The notes beneath the pieces were generated by a model that was not told the DNA's origin, did no database searches, and saw only the letters and a list, made by a program, of their open reading frames with translations. From a virus, in the UHGV virus genome UHGV-0181040: a stretch of DNA of 44,151 nucleotides, one strand, 5' to 3'. Made by a program: the position numbers and the translations under genes. Position 1 is the first letter of the stretch; each line of letters begins with the position of its first letter. Below are positions 35,286-44,151 of this stretch, piece after piece.

Positions 35286-35438
35286 ATGACGATGTTTGTA
35301 TTTTGGTCGACGGTAACCCTGCTCGCACTGTTACTCGGTGCGGGAATAGCTGCTATGTTCTGCTACGGCCTGTTCTTTCAGTTTGTTGGCGTTGCCGTTC
35401 TGGGTGGAGCTTTCCTTACTTGGATTCTGCGCTCATGA
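35286..35438 (+). CDS. tiny membrane protein (50 aa)
   Basis: ATGA overlap with the VRR-NUC start. Sequence MTMFVFWSTVTLLALLLGAGIAAMFCYGLFF. Confidence 0.2.
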   Translation: MTMFVFWSTVTLLALLLGAGIAAMFCYGLFFQFVGVAVLGGAFLTWILRS

Positions 35439-35737
35439 CCCCGGAAGGCAAAATACAGAAATACGCAAAAGAGCGATTCGAGGCCCTGGGGGGCCTCGTT
35501 CGTAAACTTTCCTACGAAAATAGAGTTGGCGCTCCTGACCTGCTGGTAATTCTCCCCGGCGGCGTTATCTGGTTCGTCGAGGTTAAGAAAGACGAAAACA
35601 CGAAGCCGGACCCCCACCAGTTACGAGAGCACGAGCGGATGCGCAAACGCGGTGCGAATGTTTTTGTCGTTGGTTCGTTTAAACAGGTTGACGGCCTAAT
35701 AGCGAACTATTATAGTAGTCATACACCAACAATATAA
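35435..35737 (+). CDS. VRR-NUC domain nuclease
   Basis: PD-(D/E)XK core GAPDLLVILPGGVIWFVEVKK; about 100 aa from ATG 35435. The track ORF 35255..35737 is an in-frame run-on. Confidence 0.7.
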   Translation: MTPEGKIQKYAKERFEALGGLVRKLSYENRVGAPDLLVILPGGVIWFVEVKKDENTKPDPHQLREHERMRKRGANVFVVGSFKQVDGLIANYYSSHTPTI

Positions 35738-35748
35738 GGAATTGAGAA

Positions 35749-35940
35749 ATGAAACACGAATATGACCGCAAACCAGCACGTGACATCGTACCGGGAGATA
35801 TGATTTTCAACGTTAAGACGCGCCGACCTGTTGCCGTTGATACGGTGTTCGTCGAGTCGAACGGTAAACTGGTTATCGAAGATGTAACGGGTAACATTAC
35901 GGCGTTCGGGCGTAAAGAGTTAGTTCTGGTGCTGAAATGA
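35749..35940 (+). CDS. hypothetical protein
   Basis: 63 aa, coupled to the methyltransferase gene (ATGA). Confidence 0.35.
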   Translation: MKHEYDRKPARDIVPGDMIFNVKTRRPVAVDTVFVESNGKLVIEDVTGNITAFGRKELVLVLK

Positions 35941-36860
35941 ACTATTACAACGAATGGGATAAGGGTGCAGCCGCGTGGCTGCGTGAACTAATAAAACAGG
36001 GTCATATACCTTTTGGAGTTGTAGATGAAAGAAGCATTACCGAAGTTAAGCCAGAAGACCTTGACGGGTTCACCCAGTGTCATTTTTTCGCTGGTATCGG
36101 CGGCTGGCCTCTCGCGCTCAGACTTGCGGGAGTTTCGGAAGATACGCCTTGCTGGACGGGAAGCCCGCCTTGCCAACCGTTTAGCGCGGCAGGAAAGCAA
36201 CTTGGGCAGTTCGACCCTAGACACCTCGCGCCCGTATTCCTCGACCTCATCAGCGAGTGCCACCCTCCAGTCCTCTTTGGGGAACAGGTTGCGCCAGCAA
36301 TTGCAAAATCGTGGATGTGCGATTTACAAGCTCACATGGAAGGAGAAGACTACGCCGTCGGGTTTGCCGTACTCCCAGCTTGTAGCGTCGGTGCCCCGCA
36401 TAAAAGAGAGCGACTCTTCTTTGGTGCGTGCCAACTGGCCAACACCGACAGCGAACGATTACAAAGGGAGCGGGGAGACAGTGATTCGCAAGGATGGGAA
36501 GGACAGAACATTCGACAGGCTGGATTATGCTACGGAGCAGGGACTGAAAGCGGCATGGGGGACGCCGACGGTTCAGAATTCGCGCCACGGCAGCTACAGC
36601 GAGGCGGAAACAAAAAGAGACCCGAACAGTCTGCGCAATCAATGCTACCTCGTGGGGGCAATCCGAATCACGGCTTCTGGTCAGATGCTGACTGGCTCGG
36701 CTGCCGGGATGGAAAATTCCGGCCAGTTGAACCCGGCACATTCCCGCTGGCTAATGGGATACCCGCCAGAGTGGGACGATTGCGCGGTTACGGCAATGCC
36801 ATCGTCCCGCAAGTAGCCGCTGAATTTATAAAGGCGTTCATGGGGGCGGTAAATGAGTAA
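35937..36860 (+). CDS. DNA (cytosine-5)-methyltransferase
   Basis: Motif I FAGIGGWPLAL and motif IV GSPPCQPFSAAGK. Confidence 0.7.
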   Translation: MNYYNEWDKGAAAWLRELIKQGHIPFGVVDERSITEVKPEDLDGFTQCHFFAGIGGWPLALRLAGVSEDTPCWTGSPPCQPFSAAGKQLGQFDPRHLAPVFLDLISECHPPVLFGEQVAPAIAKSWMCDLQAHMEGEDYAVGFAVLPACSVGAPHKRERLFFGACQLANTDSERLQRERGDSDSQGWEGQNIRQAGLCYGAGTESGMGDADGSEFAPRQLQRGGNKKRPEQSAQSMLPRGGNPNHGFWSDADWLGCRDGKFRPVEPGTFPLANGIPARVGRLRGYGNAIVPQVAAEFIKAFMGAVNE

Positions 36861-38406
36861 GTTTCAAAGGCGCGAATACCAGAAGCTCATGACTTCGTTC
36901 ATGTTACGGCATCCACGCTGTAATATCTGGTGCGGCATGGGGGGAGGTAAAACCTCCTCTACTATGTGGGTCCTCAACAGACTGTTCCGCAACGGCCAAC
37001 TTAACGATGACGACCGCGTGTTAATACTAGCCCCGCTGCGCGTTGCATCCGGTACGTGGCCCGCAGAACAAGAGAAGTGGCAATTCCCGTGTCTTCGTGT
37101 TGTGGATGCCACCGGTTCAGAGAAGCGCCGCATCGCGGCGCTGGAGTCAGACGCTAATGTGGTGTGCACCAACTACGAAGTTATCGAATGGCTGATTGAC
37201 TACTACGGCAAAGACGACTGGCCTTTTACGGTTATCGTTGCTGATGAGAGCACGAAGCTGAAATCATTCCGCAGCCGTTCTGGCGGAAGCAAGCGGGCAA
37301 AGGCGCTTAGTAAAGTGGCGTTCGGTAAGGTTAAGCGTTTCATTAACCTTACAGGCACACCATCACCAAACGGCCTCAAAGACTTGTGGGGCCAGAACTG
37401 GTTTATCGACGCTGGCGAGCGCCTGGGGTCGTCGTACACGGCATTCACCGACCGCTGGTTTAACTCGGTACAGAAAGGGAAGTCCGCGATGGCGCGTGAG
37501 TACCACGCACGCCCTGGTGCGGATAATGAAATTCACCAGAAGATGAAGGACATTAGTCTCACAATTGACGCCGCTGAGTGGTTCGGATGTGAAGCGCCTG
37601 TTATCGTACCGGTTGAAATCGACCTGCCGAAGAAAGCGCGTCAAGCGTACATAGATATGGAGGAAAAATTATTCGCGGAACTGGAGAGCGGGGAAGTTGA
37701 AGCGGCTAACGCGGCGGCGAAGACGTCAAAGTGTCTGCAGATTGCATCCGGTGCCGTGTATGTGTCGGGGCCGGACGGTGAAGCAACGAAAGACTGGGAG
37801 AAAGTGCACGACACGAAACTGGATGCGCTCGAGTCCATTGTTGAGGAGCTACAGGGGGCGCCGTTACTGGTGGCCTATCAGTTTAAGCACGAACTGGAGC
37901 GCATTCTTAAGCGATTCCCGCAGGCGCAGGCGTTTGCCAAAGGTGCTAAGGGTAATAAGCAGATGGAAGCGTGGAACCGCGGAGAGATACCTATGCTATT
38001 GATACACCCAGCCTCCGCAGGTCACGGGCTGTCGTTACAACACGGCGGGCATCACATGGCCTTTATGAGTCAGGGGTGGAACCTGGAGCACTATTTGCAG
38101 GTTATCGAGCGCATAGGTCCGGTAAGGCAGATGCAGTCTGGATACAAACGGTCGGTATTCATTTATCAAATAATAGCCAGAGATACTCTTGATGAAGTTG
38201 TCGCCGCTCGTACGGACGAGAAAAGGTCTGTACAGGATGAACTACTTAATTATATGAAGAGAAGAAACAAATGGGTGGCAGAGATAAAAGTCGACAGAAG
38301 AAAAATACATCTAGGACAGTTTGATAACTTTGACGAAGCTGTTGCCGCACGTAAAGCTGCGGAGGCTGCTTACGGATTTCATGAAAACCACGGAGAAACC
38401 GCATGA
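36853..38406 (+). CDS. SNF2-family helicase with a C-terminal AP2-like DNA-binding domain
   Basis: ATP-binding GMGGGKT, DExx-like ADES, helicase C-terminal region. Final roughly 60 aa WVAEIKVDRRKIHLGQFDNFDEAVAARKAAEAAYGFH is AP2-like. Confidence 0.65.
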   Translation: MSKFQRREYQKLMTSFMLRHPRCNIWCGMGGGKTSSTMWVLNRLFRNGQLNDDDRVLILAPLRVASGTWPAEQEKWQFPCLRVVDATGSEKRRIAALESDANVVCTNYEVIEWLIDYYGKDDWPFTVIVADESTKLKSFRSRSGGSKRAKALSKVAFGKVKRFINLTGTPSPNGLKDLWGQNWFIDAGERLGSSYTAFTDRWFNSVQKGKSAMAREYHARPGADNEIHQKMKDISLTIDAAEWFGCEAPVIVPVEIDLPKKARQAYIDMEEKLFAELESGEVEAANAAAKTSKCLQIASGAVYVSGPDGEATKDWEKVHDTKLDALESIVEELQGAPLLVAYQFKHELERILKRFPQAQAFAKGAKGNKQMEAWNRGEIPMLLIHPASAGHGLSLQHGGHHMAFMSQGWNLEHYLQVIERIGPVRQMQSGYKRSVFIYQIIARDTLDEVVAARTDEKRSVQDELLNYMKRRNKWVAEIKVDRRKIHLGQFDNFDEAVAARKAAEAAYGFHENHGETA

Positions 38407-38542
38407 ACATCATGGCCCCGATTCCGGCATTGCAAAAACGTATCAAGGAACTTGAAGAGGAGGTTCTACGACTACGACAGCAGAGAGACGCTGCCAATGC
38501 GCAACTGTCGTTTGTACTGGAGAAGTTATCAGAAGAGTAGAG

Positions 38543-38571
38543 AAAAGGCCCCGTTTGGGGCCTTAGTTTTA
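38543..38571. terminator. bidirectional terminator AAAAGGCCCC-GTTT-GGGGCCTT separating the replication operon from the convergent tailspike gene
   Basis: T-tract on both strands. Confidence 0.65.
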
Positions 38572-38575
38572 ACGA

Positions 38576-40630
38576 CTAAATAACTAACAAATTAAATCCT
38601 AAATCAACCTGACCGCCAGTATTATTAAAAGTTGAAACCGTAACAGAATAATCAGAAGATTTAACCACAGTTGCGTATCTCCCTGAACCGCCATCAAACG
38701 TTACCGTCACCACTGAAGAAGCTATGCTCCCGGTGAAATTTATAACATACACGCCGGTTGCGGTTTTTGATATAGAAGCAACGTTTTGCATCGCAGCCCC
38801 GACCCCGGCAGCGTTAACTATTGCTTTAGCGACAGGCTGAGAAGGACCAATTCTTTGGACCTTTTCCATGCCAGAAAATGGAGACGAAAGAGAGTATTTA
38901 TTACCTGAGTCATTAAACACAAGGTGGGAAACTCCAAATGTTGACGGGACGGCGAATTGAACGTTACGGTAAGCAGTGGATGCAGACCCTAAGTTATAGA
39001 ATCCATTGCCGTCCATATTAAGTATTGCTTGCAGACCTGCTGACATGTCAGAAAGATTTGACTGTACCAGTATTCTTGATGCTAACTCTGTACCGGAGTT
39101 ATGGTTAAAGATGCACGAAGATACGTTCATTATCTGATTGAAGTTTCTATTAACATAGAAACTAATATCTTTCCCTGTATTATTGTTTTCAAAGTAGCAA
39201 TTATCAAAATGAGCGGCATTAGCTCCAGCGCCACCAATAAGCGCGAACTGCACACAAGAGTTAAATGTAATTGGGGTGGAGTTTGCGTATGATTTGCCGC
39301 CGTTTGTTTCGAACGCGCACGAGTCGATTTTCCATGCGTGAGCGTGCTGGTTCTCTATGCAAAATTCCGCGTTGTTCTGGAAATCGCATCGGTACAGTCC
39401 GACTGCGTTTGGGCCAGAAAGTTCCCCAAGTCGGCCTTGTATGGCTGTTTTGTTGTAAGTAAATCGACAGTTATCAAACTTAAGGTACAAAGAGTCCGTC
39501 AGCTTGCATCCAATCTCAAAACCATCTATTAGCACATTTCGCATTGCCAAGCGTATGCATTTGTTAAACAGAATCCCAAATCCAGACCAATCAGCCCTGT
39601 TCCCACTTGAATCCACTGATTTTATTGTCAGATTTTCCACCGGGAACGCTGAGAATGTAGATAAAGACCCGTCAAAATAAATCCCGTAATTTGACGACGA
39701 CGTTGCGGTAGATAGAATGCTCACAACAGAAGACTTCTCATCTCCCCCTCGGATATACGCTACCTTTCCACCTTCTCGTTGGTGCATAGGGATGGAAACT
39801 GGGGATTTAAAATTGACGATATTCTCTGGAAATTTAAACCCAAGCGCGTTTTTTCCTGCGTATGCGATGGCCTTATTGAAATGTGGTGATAGATCTATGT
39901 TAGAGTCCGGGTTCCCTGACATCCCGTACATAGCCCCCGTTACCTCCGAAACCCCACGTCTAACCCAGCAACCAAATCCTGAGGGGTTAGTTTCCCCCAC
40001 CCCGGATATATAATCAGCGGAGTTAGCGTCCGACGTATAGGGGACAGATGGTGATATTATAATCCCGCCGTCGTGGTTCGCTGTCGGCATCGTGGCGTCG
40101 TAGTAAAAGTACCCGCCGCCGGTATCTGCCCCCTCATACCAACTATTTAGATATACGTTACCGTCGCCGACGGGTGCTAGCCCGTAAAACATAGACATGG
40201 AATTAACAGTTCCAATAATTGTTCCTCCGTTGGCCGCCGACAGGTCGTCACGTAAATATGGGTCCGTCTGCGGTTTCCAGTCGGCGTTCCCGACAGGGTT
40301 AAATCCAGCAGGCGCCGTAACAGGAAGTGTACCCGCGTATGAGTACCAAGTCTTACTAACAGGGTCATACACCACTTTATCACGGCCATTAGCGGTTAGC
40401 GTACCGCCAGTGGAGAAGTCCCATGCCACGGGTGAAAAGCCAGCATCGCGTAACACCGCCGGGAGCGTCTTCTGTGTCTGCCCTGTAATCTGATTAGTTG
40501 CATAATCGATATCAGCGCCACCAGCAACGCCGCCGGATTTGCCAGTGATAACCTCGGCTTCGAAAATCTGGTGTTTCTTGGCGGTTTGTAAATCCGCCAG
40601 GCTTAAAACGTCACCGCATCCGCTTGACAT
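38576..40630 (-). CDS. tailspike protein (conserved N-terminal phage tailspike/fibre domain plus beta-helix depolymerase-like body)
   Basis: N-terminal YSYAGTLPVTAPAGFNPVGNADWKPQTDPYLRDDL resembles the shared N-domain of K1F endosialidase and T5 L-shaped fibre type. The central region is Asn/Gly/Ser-rich with beta-helix repeats. Confidence 0.6.
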   Translation of the reverse strand: MSSGCGDVLSLADLQTAKKHQIFEAEVITGKSGGVAGGADIDYATNQITGQTQKTLPAVLRDAGFSPVAWDFSTGGTLTANGRDKVVYDPVSKTWYSYAGTLPVTAPAGFNPVGNADWKPQTDPYLRDDLSAANGGTIIGTVNSMSMFYGLAPVGDGNVYLNSWYEGADTGGGYFYYDATMPTANHDGGIIISPSVPYTSDANSADYISGVGETNPSGFGCWVRRGVSEVTGAMYGMSGNPDSNIDLSPHFNKAIAYAGKNALGFKFPENIVNFKSPVSIPMHQREGGKVAYIRGGDEKSSVVSILSTATSSSNYGIYFDGSLSTFSAFPVENLTIKSVDSSGNRADWSGFGILFNKCIRLAMRNVLIDGFEIGCKLTDSLYLKFDNCRFTYNKTAIQGRLGELSGPNAVGLYRCDFQNNAEFCIENQHAHAWKIDSCAFETNGGKSYANSTPITFNSCVQFALIGGAGANAAHFDNCYFENNNTGKDISFYVNRNFNQIMNVSSCIFNHNSGTELASRILVQSNLSDMSAGLQAILNMDGNGFYNLGSASTAYRNVQFAVPSTFGVSHLVFNDSGNKYSLSSPFSGMEKVQRIGPSQPVAKAIVNAAGVGAAMQNVASISKTATGVYVINFTGSIASSVVTVTFDGGSGRYATVVKSSDYSVTVSTFNNTGGQVDLGFNLLVI

Positions 40631-40642
40631 ATAGAGTCCTCT

Positions 40643-43192
40643 TTAACTAAAACCGTTGCTGAATCCGTCGGAGAAACCGCGACCGAAAGGTGCGACGCCG
40701 TCGTATTTATAGAAATCTGCTTCGTAGTTAATCCCGGTAATCTTAACTGTTCTGTCGTCTGCCGGGTCAACTGTAGAAACAAGAATCATCTGAGCATTAT
40801 GCCTTGCTTCGTTACCGAATGAAAACTCAGTTTTTAGTGCACTATTCCCGGTATAAATTGCCTCCTGCGGCGCAGATAACATAACTACTTCCCGGTCGTG
40901 ACTTCCGGGAACAACGGCAACGCTCTGAACTCCGCCGTCTCGCTTCTTAAGAATAAGTGAGTGGTCGTCTCCAGGAGTAAAAGCGACCGGCTGAGAAAGA
41001 GTAAGCGTAAGCCCGTTAACGGCGATTACATAGCCATCTTGAGGAGCCATACGCGAACCTTTTACCACACTTACCGCGCGCCCCGGCATCGCAAAAATCC
41101 CTTCTTCGGTCGCAGTGAATGATACTGTTACCTTCTTCAACAGGTTTTTCTGGTATCGGCGGTATGCGGCCCAATACGCCTGACGATAATTCCTGATACC
41201 CTTAGAGTCGTACGTTTCAGTATTAATCCCGCCTTCGGCTGGGATGCTAATAGTCTCTTTGACGTTAGTATCCGGGTCGATGTATGAAAACTTAAGGCTA
41301 TCATACACCTGTGCATCATTGAACGTGCGTGTCCACTTCTCCGCAGCTGTAGTTTTGCTGCGGTGGGTGAATACCATCTCGGGGCCGATCCGCGGGCGTT
41401 CGAAATCCAGAAGAATATCGGCACCTCTCCGGTATGGAGTGCAGAAAATTGCTTCCGCTATCGTAGTTACTATGTCCTGCATCGTAGTTTTGTAATCATC
41501 AAACGTGTAACAAAACTCCCCCGCGGATGCGTTACCAAAATAACTCTCAATTTCGCTTTGTACCGCCAGCAGTTTATCCATGTTTGCCGTTGTCAGATTC
41601 AACGCGCCGACATCCGGGTCGCGGGCAAGACGAATCAGCGACTGTACCGCTTGCGTGTTTGGCGTTCTTACGGAGTCAAAAACACCGTTACCGAGATATT
41701 TGTACACCATCTCAGTTACTACCATTCGCAATTGTGGCTGTTTAACCTCCGCAGCCCTGGGTGTTTGTTTACGTGCGGAATGCACGGTGGTTCTGTTGCC
41801 GTAGTTAGGTGTGGTATCGCGTATTTGCCCGTACAGGTTTATGTACGAAACCTCGTCCACTACCGTACCTTCGAAAGCAAGGTCCAGGTTTGTCACCCTG
41901 CGCGCCCTTACACGAACGTTAGACGCTGACGGCAGGTCAGCGTAGATTGTCACGCCGGTGTAATCTGACGACCGCCCTGAGATGGTGCCCTGCTTACTAT
42001 ATACAGGCCCGTATGGTGTTCCGGTGGCATCTAGTAACTGGTACTGCAACTCGACGGTGACAGAGGCCCTTAGTTTACTGCCATTGTCTTTATACATGCC
42101 GTTAGCGGCGGCGATATTAGCAACGATGCGCTCTACTGGCAGTCTGCTAAGCGTTGTCCAGTCTGTTAACGACTTATCGTAGGTGTTAGATGGTGAAATC
42201 CATACGTCGGTCCCTTGTGTTAAACGTGTAAACCCAGACGGCAATTTCTGCCATTCTGATAACATCCCTCCGACGGCTACTCTCACCTCAAAGTCATCTA
42301 CGTAGGTAACAGTATAGTTACCGCTTACGTTAGCTACGTCTTTTACCTGAATAACGTTAAAAATAGCTATGTCGCCTACTGATAAAATCTCGGAGAAAGC
42401 GGAGTCGCCGGTTGCATCACGTACAATACCCGTCGCCCCTTGCAACGATATCTCGCCGGTGTCGCTTGGGTTTACTCTTATGCCGTTTTGAGCTTTCAGT
42501 ACCGCACCGTCTACTTCATTAGATGCGATGGTGATATACAACTTTTGGTCGATAGGTTCGCCAACAAGAAGTTGCGGAGAGCTTGTGTTATTGGGTGATG
42601 TGTACGGGGCGTACACCGCTACAGAAGTTCCGGTTATCTCCTGGACTTTGGTGTCGCCGTCGGTGATGTCTTCTGCTTTAACGTCAAGATGCCCGCGCCC
42701 AGCATCATAGTAGCCGTACTCGATGATACGGCCTGCATTATCGAAAACCTTATAAGTGGTCATAAGGTTATTAGGTATCGTTTGCACCCGGCCGCAGATA
42801 TCATAAGTTCGCTCGTATGGTCGGGCCTTGTTATTTCGGTCTGTCAGACTGTTATTCGGCGAGTCCGCTTGCTGGTTAGCGAGATTGTTAGACGCGCCCT
42901 TTGTTGACGGTGTGAGTAATTTAGCCAGCGGTTTAAGGATTATGCTGAACACTTTCATCACACCCTTGATAGCGCCGCCCCCAGCCCCCTCCAGGATGTG
43001 GAAAACGGCATCCTGTTTTAATGCGTCGAAATCTTCTGTTACGTCGTTATCCTCTCCTATCTCTTCGAGGAAAACGCGAAACGGCACACCATCAGGGATA
43101 TGGTTTACGACGAAATTCAGCGGCGAGTCGTTATGCCGTTTTTGTGAGAACGTCCCGTCCTCGTTGCGGGTGTAGTGGATGACTATCGCCAA
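40643..43192 (-). CDS. central tail fibre / host-specificity (J-like) protein
   Basis: 849-aa protein following the K-like gene in lambda-like order. Confidence 0.5.
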   Translation of the reverse strand: MAIVIHYTRNEDGTFSQKRHNDSPLNFVVNHIPDGVPFRVFLEEIGEDNDVTEDFDALKQDAVFHILEGAGGGAIKGVMKVFSIILKPLAKLLTPSTKGASNNLANQQADSPNNSLTDRNNKARPYERTYDICGRVQTIPNNLMTTYKVFDNAGRIIEYGYYDAGRGHLDVKAEDITDGDTKVQEITGTSVAVYAPYTSPNNTSSPQLLVGEPIDQKLYITIASNEVDGAVLKAQNGIRVNPSDTGEISLQGATGIVRDATGDSAFSEILSVGDIAIFNVIQVKDVANVSGNYTVTYVDDFEVRVAVGGMLSEWQKLPSGFTRLTQGTDVWISPSNTYDKSLTDWTTLSRLPVERIVANIAAANGMYKDNGSKLRASVTVELQYQLLDATGTPYGPVYSKQGTISGRSSDYTGVTIYADLPSASNVRVRARRVTNLDLAFEGTVVDEVSYINLYGQIRDTTPNYGNRTTVHSARKQTPRAAEVKQPQLRMVVTEMVYKYLGNGVFDSVRTPNTQAVQSLIRLARDPDVGALNLTTANMDKLLAVQSEIESYFGNASAGEFCYTFDDYKTTMQDIVTTIAEAIFCTPYRRGADILLDFERPRIGPEMVFTHRSKTTAAEKWTRTFNDAQVYDSLKFSYIDPDTNVKETISIPAEGGINTETYDSKGIRNYRQAYWAAYRRYQKNLLKKVTVSFTATEEGIFAMPGRAVSVVKGSRMAPQDGYVIAVNGLTLTLSQPVAFTPGDDHSLILKKRDGGVQSVAVVPGSHDREVVMLSAPQEAIYTGNSALKTEFSFGNEARHNAQMILVSTVDPADDRTVKITGINYEADFYKYDGVAPFGRGFSDGFSNGFS

Positions 43193-43548
43193 AATTCAAT
43201 CTCCTGATATGTGTCGCGCAAATCGTCCAGACGGTCGAGACGAACTTGCCGGGACGCTAACTCGCAGTGGCTTACCATCCCATCATAATACACGCCCGCG
43301 TGCCACACTACACGCCCCCTGTGATAAGTGCCGAGCAACACGGCATCATAATTCTGTGGACTGGTAGCGCGTTCCAGACCTTTCGGGTCAGAGTGCCCTG
43401 CGATAAACGCCGCGTTTATCGCAGTTGGCGATGTCACATCGAAAGCGGGCGTAGATAGGCCAACATCACCGCGCACCCTGCGCACGTGATGCCAACAATT
43501 GTAACGACGGAAGTCATAAGGGAGTCCCGTATAGTCAGTGATACTCAT
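43183..43548 (-). CDS. tail assembly protein K-like (NlpC/P60-type Cys-His fold)
   Basis: NCWHHV cysteine motif and downstream WHAGVY histidine. ATGA coupling at 43548; the track ORF extends to 43701. Confidence 0.5.
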   Translation of the reverse strand: MSITDYTGLPYDFRRYNCWHHVRRVRGDVGLSTPAFDVTSPTAINAAFIAGHSDPKGLERATSPQNYDAVLLGTYHRGRVVWHAGVYYDGMVSHCELASRQVRLDRLDDLRDTYQEIEFWR

Positions 43549-44060
43549 GACAAAAGTACCCCACGCAGCAGCGGAATTTCTTCCGGCGTCATCAGGATTC
43601 CGGTCTGCCGTTGGTTGAGCATAGGCGTCCCGGTTTCCGCGGTGAACACGCCTTTTTCTTGCGTCAAAGTCTGCAACTCGTACACTACAGGGCCGTCGCA
43701 CGGGTACGACAGGTCGGTGCTTACGTAGCGCCGGAATATAAATTTAGGTAACTCCGTATTGCTATACGGGATGCGGTCCATCTCTTCATCGAGAATGTTA
43801 AGAACGTCCGGCAGCGAGAATGATGCTGTCTGGTCCATATCATTATTGTTCGCGGCGTTCTTGGCGTCCATAGGCGTGGCCTCGAACGTAACAGTTTCGC
43901 CAGTTTCAAGAGTAGCGGTAAGGTCAGACGTACCGCGCACAAGCAACCACCGCTTCGAGAGAAGCGGGTGTGTTATTTCAAGAGTAATGTAATCCAGTTC
44001 GCCGTCTGGGTTAGATGCCAGCTTACGGCGATAGGCGGCTTCTACTGATTCCTGGCTCAT
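43545..44060 (-). CDS. minor tail protein (L-position)
   Basis: 171 aa, lying between the 453-aa tail protein and the K-like gene. Confidence 0.4.
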   Translation of the reverse strand: MSQESVEAAYRRKLASNPDGELDYITLEITHPLLSKRWLLVRGTSDLTATLETGETVTFEATPMDAKNAANNNDMDQTASFSLPDVLNILDEEMDRIPYSNTELPKFIFRRYVSTDLSYPCDGPVVYELQTLTQEKGVFTAETGTPMLNQRQTGILMTPEEIPLLRGVLLS

Positions 44061-44063
44061 AAG

Positions 44064-44151
44064 TTAACCGTCCACATTAAAGTCGATACGAGTGATATAT
44101 TTACTGCCCCACGCAGAATCGGCCCACGGGATGGTGGCGTAGCCGTCAACC
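44064..44151 (-). CDS. C-terminal 29 codons of the 453-aa tail protein whose N-terminus is at 1274 (the ORF wraps around the window junction)
   Basis: Reads ...VDGYATIPWADSAWGSKYITRIDFNVDG then TAA at 44066..44064. In frame with 1..1274 across the junction, with no stop. Confidence 0.5.
   Translation of the reverse strand, partial: VDGYATIPWADSAWGSKYITRIDFNVDG

Noticed and set aside
35255-35737. Track ORF of 160 aa for the VRR-NUC region
   Set aside because: The first 60 codons are an in-frame run-on that overlaps small membrane ORFs in other frames. The conserved VRR-NUC domain starts at ATG 35435, which is ATGA-coupled to the upstream ORF.
1-44151. tRNA genes, retron or DGR reverse transcriptase, self-splicing introns or inteins in the polymerase, terminase or primase genes
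   Set aside because: I saw no cloverleaf-compatible sequences by eye, no reverse transcriptase motifs, and no interruption of conserved motifs in the large genes. A tRNAscan or HMM search would be needed to exclude these fully.

Overview
The window reads as a complete, circularly permuted genome of a virulent-type tailed siphophage of about 44.1 kb. A minus-strand ORF that starts at 1274 runs off the window start and is in frame, with no stop, with the ORF fragment that ends at 44064 at the window end. A late minus-strand operon carries terminase small and large subunits, portal, Mu-F-like head morphogenesis protein, scaffold, major capsid protein, two Ig-like decoration-type proteins, connector and neck proteins, major tail protein, G/GT chaperones with a candidate -1 frameshift, a 774-aa tape measure, a 453-aa lectin-like tail protein, L-like and K-like (NlpC/P60) tail proteins, a J-like fibre and a beta-helix tailspike. 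A leftward early cluster (25.9 to 19.1 kb) of small genes includes holin, a second membrane protein and a GH24-type endolysin. The Rz/Rz1 spanins lie 10 kb away, among the head genes. Two rightward replication operons carry an AlpA-like HTH, primase-helicase, Cas4-like PD-(D/E)XK nuclease, DUF2815-like ssDNA-binding protein, family A DNA polymerase, VRR-NUC, C5-cytosine methyltransferase and an SNF2 helicase with an AP2-like C-terminus. The gene set resembles Jersey-like (Guernseyvirinae-type) Salmonella/E. coli phages; I infer that from gene content and cannot confirm it without a search. The main non-obvious signal is a dispersed promoter-operator regulon. Eight copies of an inverted repeat (G/T)AATAG-N4-CTATT(C/A) sit inside sigma70-like promoters. 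Two of them face each other in a divergent switch next to a lone XRE-family HTH gene. Three copies drive opposite-strand cargo cassettes, each closed by a terminator, embedded in the late structural operon. That cargo includes an HTH-calcineurin-like phosphoesterase fusion, an acidic candidate DNA-mimic protein and an HNH endonuclease. All domain calls come from motifs read by eye; no database search was possible.
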